Assembly: GCF_033153115.1 (NCBI RefSeq)
Contig: NW_026889771.1
Coordinates: forward strand, 6,510,001 to 6,574,000
DNA: 64,000 nt
DNA from: Saccostrea echinata
Taxonomy: Eukaryota
Direction of reading: 5' to 3'
Shown here one piece after another: positions 13,359 to 28,000 of this stretch. The stretch's first letter is position 1. Each line of letters starts with the position of its first letter. The notes under the pieces are model-generated. The model saw nothing but the letters and a program-made list of their open reading frames with translations, was not told the origin of the DNA and did not search any database. The translations under genes were made by a program, and so were the position numbers.

Positions 13359-16300
13359 TCATGTGACATCTTCCTCCGAGTCATCATCAAATTGACCAGC
13401 CTCCACCTGATGCTCTGTCCTATCTTTAGCCACTGGTTGAACATGCATATCATAGGGAAGGCACAAATGGTCATCTACAGTATAACCTGCCTCTGCCAGT
13501 GTCTTTGGTCTGGGGTGCTGGTAGATGTTGTTGAAGTAATTGTCATCTGCAACAAAAAGAAAAGTAACAATCAGATTTACAGATGTATAATTTATTATGT
13601 GATTTTGTCATATATCATTTGCAAAATAAATATCCTTTGCATTTAAAAGCCTGAGAAAAGAGCAGTTATGATATGTAACAATTTCTGTAATTGAACAAAA
13701 GTTTGAAATGTTCCTAGACATTTACAAAAGTAGCAGCCATTTTCTGTATATATAATGTAATGTAGAGTTTTATCAAAGTTCATATACGACACAGAAGCAA
13801 TTTCAACTGTTCCAAAACTTTCGAGTATATTATTACATATATTACTAGAAAAGTCAGTGATATGACAGTTGCATACATGTACATGCATTCCTTTTAGACT
13901 GGGAAAAAGCAGAGGAGAGTGTTTGTACGGAAACTGATTTGACTTGGACTTAAATAGTTACCATGGCCAACACAGCCTCAAAATTTATCTTTAATGATTT
14001 TAAAAATGTAGTTTTATAATTTCAAACTTACCATATTGAACATCAAAAGGATTGTCCACGTCTTCCAGCTCATCATCCCAGTTCTCTTCTGCTTCTGTTG
14101 CCTCGGTTACAGCTTTATATCCCTCATCCATCATATTGGATACTGGACTGCATACTAAAAATATTGCCTTAATTTGAATGGATGCTGATAAGTGCAGGGC
14201 TGTAAGATTGTAGCAGTTAGCCTAGCTGTAATTTAGCTTGCTATCACTATGTAGGTCTAGCATAGATGTTTATTTGACTTCGTAGCACTACAATCTATGC
14301 AGCTGCTATGATCTTGCATGCAGCCCAGATGTGTTTTGTACTTTCATTAAATGGATAAATCAGTTTTATCAAAAAAAAATATTTTTGATCTGCTCATGTT
14401 GAGTGTAAAATAAACTTTCAAAGGAGTCAAATAAAATGAATTACATCTTGATTACCCAAAGTAGATTACTGAAAAAAGTGAAGCAATACCTGTGAGAAGA
14501 TTATAGACACAATTTCAAATAGATTGACACATTCTTATCAATTTCAATCTATAAGCAAAATATTCCTTTATGGAGGTTTTTAAAATAAAAAGTTACTTGC
14601 TATTTCTTCAAAGCATCATAAATCTCAATGTAATATTGAGCTCTTCAAAAATTTATCAAGAAGGCAAAAAATCTCTTAACAGTATTTTTAGATAAGAAAA
14701 GTATTTAGGACTCACTATTTCCTTTTGGGTGAAATATGGGAGGCTCAAAGTCATCTTCTTCATCTTCAGTATCATCATCTTCTTCATCTTCTTCTTCTTC
14801 TTGGGAGTATCTCCTTTTTCTGACTTGGAGGAAGTTAAAATCATCCCTGCGTACAAACTTCTGTCTTCTTCCCTTCCCTTCATGAGATCTCCAGAAGGAC
14901 ATTCCATGTTCCACGGCATCACGCAGGAGATTTTCACTGAATCCAAGGTCCTTAGGTGGGGGTTCAAAGTCCAGCTCTTCAGTTGCGACATCCATCTGTC
15001 AGATAAATAAATATTCATTCAATAGATCCAGAAATATTTGAAATATAAAAAGTTTCAATTATGTATAAAATTAATACAGAAGACAATTATAATTGTGATT
15101 ATTGTTCAACATTTATCAACGGAGATACAATATCCAAAGAAAAAGTGATTGTAACAGGCTTTTCTGTACCTTGATGATTTTGTCCTCCATCATGGACAAA
15201 TCTTGTCGGGCTCGACCACGCCAGTTATTTTTCAGTTCTGGATTACGTGGCGGGTAGTGGGATTGTCTGACAATCTGTGGCACATCATACCAGGGAATGT
15301 TGAAGCAATTCTGGAATATAAAAAAAGAAGCTATTCCAACTAGATTTCAATGAACATACACATTTATTTCAAAACTCTAAACTAACAGATAGAAGTGTCA
15401 ACCTTAATTTATATGTACTTGCATTACTTTCACATTTTGAACTATTTTTGTACTTCTTGTACACTTTAAATATCTCAGCAACATACCGGTACATTTTTTT
15501 TATGACATGAATATTATATTTGCACACATAGAAAATCTCAAATTTTTAAGACAACTCCAAAGATGACATTGAAAAAGAATATGTTTTACCTATAATTGAA
15601 GATGAATCATGAAGCGTTACCCATATATGCCACTGTGATAATCATAATATTTATATGTGGACAGACATTTTCAATTCTTAGACCAAGAGTTGTCCTTATG
15701 TTGTTAAGGTTCATTAATCCTCTGATAAGAGAGATAACTCTTAATAAGATTTATGTCTTTTACTCCTATTTTTTATGTGTGAACAGTGGGTGATGAACCT
15801 TAAATTAAAGTTAGAAACACTCTAACACCTAGATACATGTAAGTGATTTATAGTTGTTAACACATAATTATAGCATTAAAACTACTCAAAGATTGGGGGT
15901 GATAGATGCTTAACCTGTCAGTGACATAAAAAAATACATTATGCTAAAATTTATGTAAATTAGAATGTTATGGAAATCATAGAAAGTTTCCCCCCAGTGT
16001 TATTCTATAGTTATCACTGCATTAGTGAACAGATGAAAGTGTTTGTGTTATCAAAGAATTATATCACTTCAAAAAGGGATATCAGTCTATATCATTCTTG
16101 CCCAGATAAAAATCTATTAAAATAAATGACTGATTATACATACAGATACATAGTTTATGTTTATTCTTCATTTCTTTAAAAAGAAAAAAAAATCACCTCT
16201 GATAAATCTAGTCGCACCAATTGTTTGAAGTAACCTAAAGCCTCCGGAATTTCTGTTAACTTGTTGTTGAACAAATCCAATGACTTAAGACCTGTCAATT

Positions 16301-19300
16301 TGTTCAAAGACTCTGGGAGTTCCTCAAGCTAACAATGAAAGCATTGATGATGGTTAATAAAAAATGCCAAACAAGTTAGGCACCAGATTATACATGGAGC
16401 AAAAAAAATTTCATGGAATTGTTTAAAGTTCAAAATCTCTGTAATTTAAGTATTTCTATGAAACAATTTTTTTAAATCATTCACTGTAAATTACTCATTG
16501 TTGTTCTTTATATTATTTATTTATCATTTATTTTTTTTTTTGTTACCAAGTTGTTATCAAGATGAAGATCCTCTAGTGCAGAAAGGTCTCCAAATGCTGA
16601 AGGCAAAATCTGAATTTTGTTCTTTGATAGTTGGCAAACTTTCAAGGACTTCAGCTTACAGAAGGATTCAGGCAGCTCATGCAATGCATTCTGACCTGCA
16701 ATGTATTAATCTCAATTGTAGAAGCAAAAGAAGACGTGCTGAGAATTTCTTTGTCAATATCAACAATGAATCTCACATCATTAAAAACTGGAATTAAAAT
16801 TTGGTGTCTTATTTTTCTTCAGTTCTTAATATTTTTAAATGGAGACTATATATGACATAGACTAGGCACTGAGATTTGTAAGCCTGACCACTGCCCTTCC
16901 AGAGGAATTTTAGAATACATTATACAATGATGCATATGGATTGGACAATTTACAGCCTTACATTCTTGAGAAAAAGGTTTTTATCACTGTGTTAAGAGCT
17001 CAGTGTAGATAGAACAGTACGAAAAAAACATCTGCACTGCATGAGCATCCTTGCAAATGAATTTGAAAACTTGAAACCCCTTAGATCTTGAGAAAATGTT
17101 TCCTAGATAGATATTTCAGTGTAAAATAGTGAACTCTTTTTGCGACTTAAACTTGCCTTCGGGTTCAAGGTTTACACAAAACTGAATCAGTATTTCCCGA
17201 CATTCAGCAAACCTCTGATGATTCCATTGCCTTCATCAAATGAGATGAAGGTACGAATCAGTTGAGGTGTGCCTAGTGTACTTCCTGAGAATGAGCATGA
17301 TGAAAGCCCATAAATCTGGTAATTTCTTGATTTTCAAAAATACATTGTTTATGAGGTATAAAGAGACCCATGAATTTATGTCCACCATGAAATGTAAAAT
17401 GTCACATACATAACCACACAACAATTCTTCACCCATGAAATCAAATCCCCCAAAACCCATAGTTCTTCCAAAAACCATGAAAACTGGACCCCATGAAAAT
17501 ATGTGATTTTACAGTACCATCTTGACCTAAGTGAAGAACAGAATGTACATCTATTTCTACTAATCTTAAAATCTATGTTTTAGTAATCAACATGGATGAT
17601 TTTCTTGGGATAACAAGCATCCAGATTAATGACGATCAATGGAAGTTTTTTTTTCCCTGTAAATTTCTGTGAACAACTTTTGACCCCTTTTGGTTCCATC
17701 CCTATCTTGGTTGCCAAAGTCTGGCATCTACCCTATATGAAGATGCCTTCATATACATTTTACAACAATTACTTTATTAGCCTAGTAGTTCTTCATCAGA
17801 AGAATTTAAAAGCTCTTCCTATAAAACTATGCACCCATTTTATAGTCCCAAATAGGCTTGTTTATAAATGTCTGACAATTTGTAGCCTTGTACTTTTTGA
17901 GAGAATGATTTTAAATAATATTTTTTCTTTTGCCTCTCTAAGAACCAATTTGTGGCCCCATCCCTGCCTCAGAGGTCATGATTTGATCAAACTTAAATCT
18001 ACATTTCAGAAAGATTGATAAAATTGAAAAATTGTAGCCTTGTGTTCATCATAAATTTTTTAAAAGATTTTTTCTTTATACTTCTATGTAAATTTTTAGA
18101 TTCCTTTTATGGCCCCTCAGCTCATGATTCACAATGCATGTTTGGAACAAACTAGAATTTACATTATGGAAAGCTTCCACATCAGTTTTGGCCATTTCTG
18201 AATCACAGTTTCTTGAAAAGAAGATTTTCATATTGGCCCAACCATATTTTCACTATTTCCTAATTATCTCCCTTTGAAAGTGTACAGCAAGTCACTTGAA
18301 TAAAATCCAAGAATGCTTTGCAGCAAGTTTGGTAGATATTGGAGAAGTAGTATGTAGTTTAACAAGAGGCCCAAGGGCCTTAATGGTCAGCTGAATATAA
18401 TACAACTTTGTAAAGGATCCATGGAATGGTAAATAAATTTTACATAATAACACAAAATAAACTGAAACTCAAAAACAAGTGAAAAAGGATAATCAGGGGT
18501 TGACAAAATAGTTAGTCTGGTAATCAGCAACACTCAGAAACTTGCTTGTATATGCCAGTGCTATCTATACCCTATCACCATCACCAAACATAACAAAACA
18601 GTGCTTTAGCATAAAACATAATATTCAAATTATACACCCAGCACAATACCCTCTCTTGATTTTTTAAATAATATTTATTGCATATATTTAAAGTATTTCT
18701 GTCTGAATATCATGATTATTTACAAGTCTACCTGACTATCAAAAACTACATGCATGAAAGTACTTTTTATATTGTATATTTACATTTCTTGTATAATTCT
18801 TTTATTCAATTTACTGTTAATTATGTTATTTACATTGATTGATTATAAATAACAAAGAAAAATAAATACTCTTAAAGCAGAGTAAATATTCCCAGGACCC
18901 ATATTCCCATACATGATCATAATAGAGCCCCACCCTAACTCCAGAACCTCCGTCTCAGGGGCCATGGATTTCAGAATTTTGGAAGACACACTTTTTCTCA
19001 TTTTAAGCATAAACTTAGTTTCTCTGCTAAATACTCAAGAGCATAGAAGATTTTCAAAGAATTAATGCATTTTCATTACATGATCAATAGAGCTTTGACT
19101 TAACTTCAGAATCCCTGTCCCAGGGGCTATGAATTTCAACATTTTGGTACAGGGCTTAGTGTTATTCTCTTTAGAGAAAGATCAGGCTTAGTGCTTTATT
19201 ACAATCATGCCAACAGTGTGACTGCTTGATGTCCATGAGTAAAGAAGATTTTTTAAAGATTGCATTAATTTTGATGGTTTGAGTCCCACCCCTCAGGTCG

Positions 19301-20730
19301 GGGGGGGGGGGGGGGGGGGCAGAGACCAGGGAATTCACAATTTTTGTTTCCCTTCACCCAAAACTGCTATATGCCAAAATTGGTTGAAATTAGTTCTGCA
19401 GTTCAAGAAAAGACGCTGAAAATGTTCAAATGTTAGCGCATGAGATGTATGAAAACAGAAAGCAAATATAGGTCACCTAAGTCACTCAGCTGGAGACCTA
19501 AAAATGTGACAAGTTCAAGGACAACACTGTTTCACACAGCAGCTGACGAAAGCAGCAACAGGTCATCTAAGTGACTCAGGTGTCCTAAAAAAAATTATGC
19601 TCAAAATCCTCTGAACCAAATATATGAAGTAGGCTGTCCTTACCCAAATCAATAAATTCCAGGTTTATAAGATTTCCAAAATCATCAGGCAATTCTTGGA
19701 GCAAGTTTTCATCCAAATATAGAATGGTTAGTCTAGTCAATTCACAAAAACTCTTTGGAAGATAAGTCAACCAGTTGCCATTTTGAAAAGCTCTCCTTTC
19801 TAGTTCACCAATACAACTTCCAAGTCGCAGTGTCTCTAGGTTCTTCATGCTTCCAAAAGTGTCTGGTAACTGATCCATGAAGTTTCCTCCAATGTCTAAC
19901 AAAGTTAATTTAGTACAGGTACATCCCATTTTCTCATTTATGGCACATTTTGAAAACTGGTTGTCGCTCAGAGAGATTTCCAAAGCCTCGCTCATGTCCG
20001 CCACCCATAGTGGAATGTCTGCCAGTCGATTCCGATCAGCATAAAATTTCTGAACACATTTCACAGAATGAAAATGATCTGGTAAACTCTCCAAATGATT
20101 TCTCGAAAGATCCACAATCTCAAGATTTTCAAGATCTCCTAAACTATTGTGAATTTTTTCCAGTTTGTTGTTTGATACATTGAATATCTTTAGAGATCTT
20201 AACTGACCAATGCCTTCTTGAATAACAACAAGGGAGTTATCACTCAGCTCCAAAATCTCAAGATTTGTGAACAACCCCAAAGTCAACGGCAGTTTTGTTA
20301 ATTTATTTTCATCACAGTAAAATGCTTTTAGGCTACGAATTTCACCTAGGTCATTGGGTAGCATTTGAAGTTGGTTGCCTGTCAATTTCAAAACTTCTAA
20401 GTTACACAATTTGCACACTGAGTCTGGGAGATTCCTAAGTTCATTTTCATTCACATTTAACTCTTTTAACTGAGACAGACTCCCCACACTTTGAGGAAAC
20501 TCTTTCAGTTGGTTACCAACCAATGAGAGCACCTGGAGATTCACACAAACCTCCCCAAAAGATAATGGCAACTCTTTAATATCATTAAAATCCAACTGCA
20601 ATTTAGTGATATCTGGACCAATTCCATTTACAATCTGAGGGGGTAGAGTAACAAGATCTTCAGAGGATAAATCTAGAACCCCTCCAATGACTTTCTCTCT
20701 GTAGTCTTCATTTTCTGATGCACCTGCCAT
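13359..20730 (-). CDS. Leucine-rich repeat protein (SHOC2/LAP-type 23-aa LRRs) with acidic C-terminal tail, ~699 aa, 7 coding exons
   Basis: Exons 20730-19644, 16695-16547, 16328-16197, 15310-15170, 14995-14716, 14154-14032, 13546-13359 join in frame (2100 nt). Many LxxLxLxxNxLxxLP repeats, then D/E-rich segments; TGA at 13361-13359. Confidence 0.9.
17560..18360 (-). repeat. Old degenerate copy of the 166-bp satellite-bearing HINE family
   Basis: Eroded matches to the 45757-47088 element (tgtggcccca, catgatttgatcaaacttaaatctaca, aattatctccc). Confidence 0.55.
18361..19590 (-). mobile_element. Helentron-associated non-autonomous element (HINE/DINE-like), same family as 56109-58580
   Basis: It begins aacaagaggcccaagggcc (3' palindrome, reversed) and ends ggtcatctaagtgactcaggtgtcctaaaaa (5' subterminal hairpin, reversed). 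It contains reverse-complement copies of the ~168-bp unit. Confidence 0.75.
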
Positions 20731-21365
20731 ATCTGAAAAAAATAAATAAATGAGAATGTTTAATTCATTTATCAAAATGTTACAGACACTAAATTGTCAA
20801 AGGAATCTGTGAGATAAAAACTTTTCATGAATATTCGTCCATACAACAAATAAATTATCATGACCATTCAAAGCCATTAAGTTATTCATATTTGTCCCTA
20901 TATATTGATTGTCAAATGGAACAAGTGACACTAGTTTGCGTAAAACCAATTTCAACTTATCAAGGATGAGTGAATGAGTGCAGATTTTGGTAATGGGTGT
21001 GCCGGAATTAATCCAAGGTATTTGACTGGGTATAAATTATGATCACTCTAGAAAGTAACACTGAAGCCTTGTACTAGTTCCTGAACGAACTTCATGTGAT
21101 TGTTTTATGTGCGACTTAACTGACCATATCATTCTTTTAATAATACATATACTGTATATCAACTATTAATCATGATATCTTTTATTGCCATTTGTCAGTT
21201 TGTAATTAATCTGCCACTACTAATTTTTCACATTTTTCAAGGAAACACTTATTAATAACATAAATATACAAGAGGATCAATGGTTCATGGCGAGAAATAT
21301 TCATGGGGTAAAGAAGGACGCGAAACTCGTGGACATTTCTTGAAACTAATAAAAGTTGGTTTACA

Positions 21366-21372
<7 letters not shown>

Positions 21373-21443
<71 letters not shown>
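21373..21443. repeat. (TA)n microsatellite
   Basis: Pure TA dinucleotide run. Confidence 0.97.
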
Positions 21444-21447
<4 letters not shown>

Positions 21448-21962
21448 TACAGTGCCAAAAAAAGAGAGGATTTTTTGGGGGCTATAAATATTGTGATTCT
21501 GCATTAATATACATTGAATGCAACAACTTTTGGTAAGCAAGTTTTTCTATAACCCTACAGTTTGTCAGATTGAAGTCAGAAGAAGTTTAGGATCTTTTGA
21601 GGGATCAATTTCCTAAACAGTAGAGATACAAAAAAAAAATGCTTACCCAAAAATGTTGCTTTTCACATACTGGTTTTCTTTTCTTTGGTTTCTTATGGGA
21701 TGAAAACCAATTTTATTAAAATGAATTTTTCCCGTTTCGCGAATTGTGCCACAGGAAATTATAATCACGGTAAATTTCGAATGACACTCTTTTTATAAAT
21801 ACAAATATAGTCGATGTATAAAATTATAGCAACTTCCTGAAGGGACCTAGGCTCCACCCTTCATGTGTCATTCATTCTATCCGTTTCACAAATATCATAT
21901 TTGAGGAATTTTGCGGAAAAATTGATATCTTTTACCATATTATTTTTTTCTGAAATTCAACA

Positions 21963-22057
21963 TGAGTCTGAGGCCCGTGACTTCAACGACACCCTATATA
22001 GAACTGAGTATGAGGCCCATGACTTCACCCACACCCTATATAGAACTGAGTCTGAAG
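21963..22057. repeat. 42-bp tandem repeat, ~2.2 copies
   Basis: tgagtctgaggcccgtgacttcaacgacaccctatatagaac repeated with few substitutions. Confidence 0.85.
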
Positions 22058-22472
22058 ATTTACAATATTTACATGTATAGCTACAGTTGTTTTACCAATT
22101 CTGAAAAGGGTACTGTAAATATCCGCAGGCATTATGTTAAAAATCTAAGTTGTTTATCAAAGTAGCCCAAAGACATGCAGATTTGAATGTAGCATTATCA
22201 AACTAAAATCTTCCATAAGAACTTTTATTTTAGCATGGGTAGTCATTTTACAAGTTGCAAATAAACCAATGAGTTCCAAATACATTAGTGGTTCCCATGC
22301 AAATCAACCCTAGATTAAAAATATCTGTCCTGTACACCACTGACTGACATGCCTAGAAAAAGTTGAAAAAAAATGCTACCCAATAACTTATTATGGTATT
22401 TCATGCAATGAAGTTTACAATGAGGAAACCAAATAGTAGTGTTTATTATGGGTATTTGAACTGGTAAAATGA

Positions 22473-23258
22473 TAGCTGCAATAATGTAGCCCTCTCCCTT
22501 TTTTTTTTTGGGAGAGGGCTACAACTCCTTAGGATCTCCATAATGGTGCAAGTGCGGGAGTGATTCACTCCCGCACGGATTTCGGATTAAATTATCAGTA
22601 AATGGCTATTTAATTAACATTTCTTACCTGAACTCCAAAAATGTAGTTATACAAAACAGAAATCAATCCAAACATACACAGAACAATCCATATATCGGTT
22701 ATTTTTCGTGTATGTCAACATCACAACTTGAATTTATCCGCCATGTTTACTGACCTTGATCGATTTTATTTTGGGACAGCCAATGAGACTAGGGATCTCT
22801 AGGGAGCGGATCTCTGTAGGAATTACCTTATTTTAGGCATAAATATCACTGTTTACAAAAAAATGTCACATGGAATAGTTTTATTTATCAATATTTAGTG
22901 ATGCCATACAGCACAATCATTTAGTAACCCCGAAAATCTACTTTACAAAGTAATTTATAATTTTCAAGCGCAAGTCTCAGTGCATCACGCGAGAACTGTC
23001 ATGGCTTCTGATGAGAGTGACTGGTAAACAAGCAGATTTATTATATCTGGTTTTCGCGTTTAACGGGCTATGTTGTTGACAGTGAATAAAAATTTCACCA
23101 TTTTAGAAGTAAGTTGAATGTAAAAGCAATTTATTTTGCCTGCAGTCACCCGTATTTAAAAAATATATTTGCACCATTACAGAGATGCTGTGGAATTGTA
23201 GCCCTCTCCAGAAAATATCAGATAAAAAAAATCGGAGAGGGCTACATTATTGCAGCTA
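22473..23258. mobile_element. ~790-bp non-autonomous DNA transposon with long TIRs, TA-flanked
   Basis: The TIR tagctgcaataatgtagccctctcc / ggagagggctacattattgcagcta is a perfect 25-bp match. Each end also folds on itself (gtagccctctcc...ggagagggctac). Confidence 0.85.
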
Positions 23259-23889
23259 GTAAAATGAGAGCACAGAAATATTTTGATATCTCCAGTGGTC
23301 CATTACTTAATTTTCCAAAAGCCTTTGTTGTTTGCTAAAATACATTTCATGCTTACTTTTGATTGCTGAAATGTTTTAGTGTGAAAAATTAAGGTGTTGA
23401 CAGATGATTTTATACAGACAATTGCTTTTTGGTGATCCAGATTTATTGCAAAGTATGTTGACTATTTTAAGTAAGGTATCGAATACAAATTGACAGCAAA
23501 AAAACAAACCATTACAGAACTTAAACAAGCATAACTTATTAATTAATCCCTTCATAACAAAGGTACTGTATGAATTTATTTTTACACTTCTAAATTTATT
23601 TATTATAGTTCTTAAATTATTTATTATTCGGAACTAGCCAATATTATGTTCGGAACTGGTAACTTGTTTCAAAATCTTAAAAATTGTAAATTTATATCCC
23701 ATTTGGGCGGTTGGTCCCAACCCGTTTTACACAGTCCATTTCGATATATTCAAGATAAAACCAAGTCGCATTAAGACAGCTGCTTGAATGAAAAAATAAG
23801 AAACGATGTTGGAATTCTGTCATTAATGTCAAATTAAAATTCAGTTATATGAACAATGTGTAACTGAGAAACAGATTTCAACAAAAAAT

Positions 23890-24250
23890 AAACACCTGCT
23901 TGATGTGCATTGAATATTTGAAGTCCACGATGATGGCAATCGCCGCAGGCAATGTGCTCAACCTGCAACCGGAAGTTTACGATTACGATATACAGTAGTT
24001 ACGTTTCAATTATATATTATGAACATGCACAACTCACTTACGAATGGGAAAAGTAATAGACTGAATGATTTTTGTGTGAATATTTACAGTTTGAGTCGTA
24101 AATTAACCCAGTTCACAAAATCGAGTGAATAGACGTTTGCGACAACCAAAAGCCAACAATAACAACTTTTCAATTTTGACAGGTGGTTTGCAGAATGAGA
24201 AGCAGAATGCAAGCTTAAAAAGTCCGCGTATTAAATCTTCCTTAGGTAGA
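23890..24250. promoter_or_regulatory. Likely shared divergent promoter region of the LRR gene and CCDC57
   Basis: CpG-richer patch with ETS motif CCGGAAGT at 23969-23976 between two head-to-head genes. Candidate 5'UTR donors at ~24246 (+) and ~23896 (-). Confidence 0.45.
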
Positions 24251-25090
24251 TAACAAAACTTTGACAATTGCATTTGAATTTAGCAATATTTGGGCATAAG
24301 TTGTCATCGAAAACGGAAAATGCACAGATATGTGTGAACCTGACAGGCCCCGACATGTACAATTTTAGCTTCTATCAATGTACATTTTAACTGGAGGAAA
24401 ATTTCCCTTGTTTCAACTTTTCAAAGACTGTGATAAAGTTTTTTTTTAAATATTGGTACCCTGTATGTATTAATTACCAAGTCTTAGTTCCTTTTTTGTT
24501 GAAATGCAGGACCCACTCAGGAGTATTACTTTACTGTGCAGTGATACATGTAGATGACTTGAAGAAAAAAATATTTTCTTTTTTTTTTCATTTATTCCCA
24601 TAGATTTATGAGAACAAGAACATCTTTCATACTTTAAATCTGCTGATGTAGTGTACACTTCATTGAGTAAAACCCATAAAACTTAGTGCAACAAAGATTC
24701 TGCAACGGCTTCCTTACTAGCCTTAAAGTTTTTCTGTCATAGTCCTTCATGGCTCTTCAATTTATCAACATGTTCATTATTTTAAAATTTTGGTTTGCCT
24801 TGTGACTGCAACACTCCACATTGATAGCAGCAACATTATAGTCACAATTTTAAAGAAGGGAAAAAATCATTGCCAAATAAAATGTTTATTTTTCAAGGTT
24901 TTTATAGTAATGCAAAATTATAATGCTTTTTGAAATGTATTGTTCTGTTTGAAAACAAATTGTTCAAATTATTAATAATTTTTATATAAATAGAGCAGTG
25001 TTAAGACTACTTTATAAGGCCCAAGTATTGGTATAAGAAATCAAATTGCTTTTCAAATTCAAATTGTTTTTCAGACAAAAATAAATAGAA

Positions 25091-28000
25091 ATGGACACGC
25101 AGGGTAACTGGAAAGAATTAGCAGCTCAAAAAGAGAGAGAATGGAAAGAAGTTACAGAGTTAAGGTAGAACTTTATTCCATTCAAAGCAGATTTTTTCCC
25201 CCTATAATTATTGCCTTTATAAGGTACTTGTATTATCTACAGCTTCCAATACCAATTTTAGCTTACTTACTGCAAAAAACTCAATATCTCTTTTGTTACA
25301 CATTTCTTTAGGCAGTGCTATTTGAAATATTGTAATGGTGACAGAGTCTCATGATTCAATGTTTAGTATTATGTCCTCACTTTTAAATCAGGATTCAAAC
25401 TTTGGAAGAAGCATTGAATGGGAAGGAAAAAGAGCTGCAAGAGGAGAGAGCAAAATTCTCAAAACTTAAAGAGGATTTTAAGTACAACCTCAAAGTTTTA
25501 GAGGAAAGAGACCAAGAATTAGAAAGATATGATGTCACATTTTCTGGTAAAGTTCAGCTTTTTATTTAATAAACAATTTTATTGAAACATAAACTCTTAA
25601 AATTAATGCTGAAACTGGCACATTTTATGTTTATTTCAAGTGATTCCAAATAAGTTTTCATTGTTTATATGTAGAAGTAAAAGCACAGTTAAATCTGAAA
25701 ACTGCAGAGATTAGTGAGCTCAAAATCCAACTAGATGACACCAAATCTACCATAAATAGAGAAATTCTTGCTCAAGAAGATCTCCAGAAACACTATCAAC
25801 ATAGACTTAAAGAGAAGCAAGCAGAAATTGACTCTTTTAAAAGGTATTGTATCCTGTTAGTATAGACAAGCATAAAAAACAATAAAAATCAGCACCTTAT
25901 CTTTTAGGTATAATTATTAGACATTCCTTTATTTTATCTCTCTTACTGAATTAATGTCTTATTTCTATCTTCTCCTGTCTGTCCTGTTTATGACATCATG
26001 TGAGGTGTTTCATCTACCAGTGGTAAACTTTTGAATACTTTCAGCTCCTTCTCTGGAATTCCTGAACTGATCTTTACCAATTTTTTGTATTTACATGATG
26101 GTATTGTCTTAGGTAGAGAAACATATTTTACGAATATTGTGGTTGGGGCCTGGATCACCAAATTCAATGCAACTTTGTACACCAAAACTTGTAGCAGACA
26201 AACTGTTTGATTGATTATAATGAGCAATGGCCCCTCTACCAACAATTGTAAAATTCATGTCCCCAAGGTTCTGGCTAGCTCAGACCCCATGAAATATTTA
26301 TTGTGACCTTGACTCAGTAACTAAAGAAAATTACAAGCTCATATTTGGCAGAGAATCCACCCATGTCCTGTTTGTGCAGTAAGTTTGTAAGCGCAAGCCT
26401 GTTGGCCTATTGTACATAGAGATATTGAGAATCTCAATGTGTTGTTGAAACGTAAGTTTGATAGCAAGGTTTTATGTAATATTACCTAAATTTTCTTTGT
26501 TATTTGCAGCTCAAAAGATTCAGAAATTCATAAAGAGAGAAAAGAGTTTGAAACTTTTAAGAGAAACTTACAGCGACAGTTAAAACAGGTGGAGGATGAC
26601 TTGGATACACAGAAAAGAGAACTGACAATTAGTAAGTTATAGTAAGAGGGGAAGAAAAGCTAAAGCAAAATTACAAACATACAAAAGAAAAAAAGAGGAA
26701 TCCCTGGATAATTGACAATTTGTATGTCACAGTTAAAAAAAAAAAAAAAACCAAAATTACAAACAAAGGAACAAAAAGGAATCCCTGGATGATTTACAGT
26801 AAGTCATAGTAAAAAGAAAGATAAAAAAAAGAAAAGGAAAAAGAGAAAAGAAAAAGAAATATACTAGCTAGTGTAAAAAAAAAATGACAATAAGTCTAGT
26901 AAAAAAAAAATCAAATTTACTCCCTTGGTCTTCTTCTTTTTGATAAAGGATATTCCATTTCAATTTTTTTTGCTTAAATTATTTCTGATTATGTTACTGG
27001 AAGCTTGGGAATATTAACTGTAGGTCTGTTGATTTCCATAGGTTTTGAAGACGCTCTCAAGAAGAGAGAACATGAATTCAGACTGCAGAAAGATGAAATG
27101 AGTGCAAAAGTCCTAGAGTATGAATTAAAGGTACTTTACCAGACCATAAAATTATTTTACAAAAATTTATGACAATTGTATATTTATCAAATAATATTAA
27201 TGCAGATAAAAAAGTTATATACATGTACTTTGTTTCGTAGAAAAACACTCAAGCATATAATAAAAATAATCATTGTGTATTATCACAGGCAAAACTTTTG
27301 GCAAAAGAATTAGAGATAGTGAAAACCAGTCAGGCTAAAGAGAGTGAGCAATTAAGTGACGTAGAACACAGTCACAGAGAGCTCGAGAAAAAGCTCAAGG
27401 AAAAGGAATGGGAGCTCGCAGATGTCACCTCTATGAAAGATGCTAGGTACATACTGGTACTTACGCTAGTACATTTCACTGCTTCTTCTATTGGGGGAGG
27501 GGGGTTTCTTCTTAAATGGACAGATTCTTGGGATAAAATTTGTAGTTGCTGGTTTGTCTTAGCAGCAATTAGGTTTATTGTATTTCAGTGATGGAGTAGT
27601 TAATATTTGTATTTCAAAACTTTTGAAACTGAATTTTTATTTTTGATAAGCATTACTTCACTAATATTTATTTTAACGTGTTGTAGGATATCTGAATTAG
27701 AAATTCAAGCCCAGCAAATGGAAACAATGATGAATAGGATGAAAGAGGATTTCCAAAGAAAGTGAGAACATATTTATTATTTACAAACATTACATAGAAA
27801 ATCTTAAGTTTTCAGTTACATAAACTTAATTTATACAACATTTGATTATGATGGTTTGATTTCAGACATGCAGAACTGGATAAATTAGCTCGTGAGAAAG
27901 AAACTGCCTTGTCTAAGATTAAGGAGGGTTACATTGAGAGGGAGCAGTCATTGCAGGCTAACATCAGAGAACTGCAGGCAAAGCTGGAGGACGGCCAAGT

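Noticed and set aside
13000-13361. Selenocysteine recoding of the repeated in-frame UGAs
   Set aside because: No convincing SECIS (AUGA..AA..GA stem) seen by eye in the downstream UTR, and no redox motif context.
17200-17303. Possible extra LRR-gene exon
   Set aside because: The translation is not LRR-like and hits a stop; 19644 joins 16695 in frame without it.
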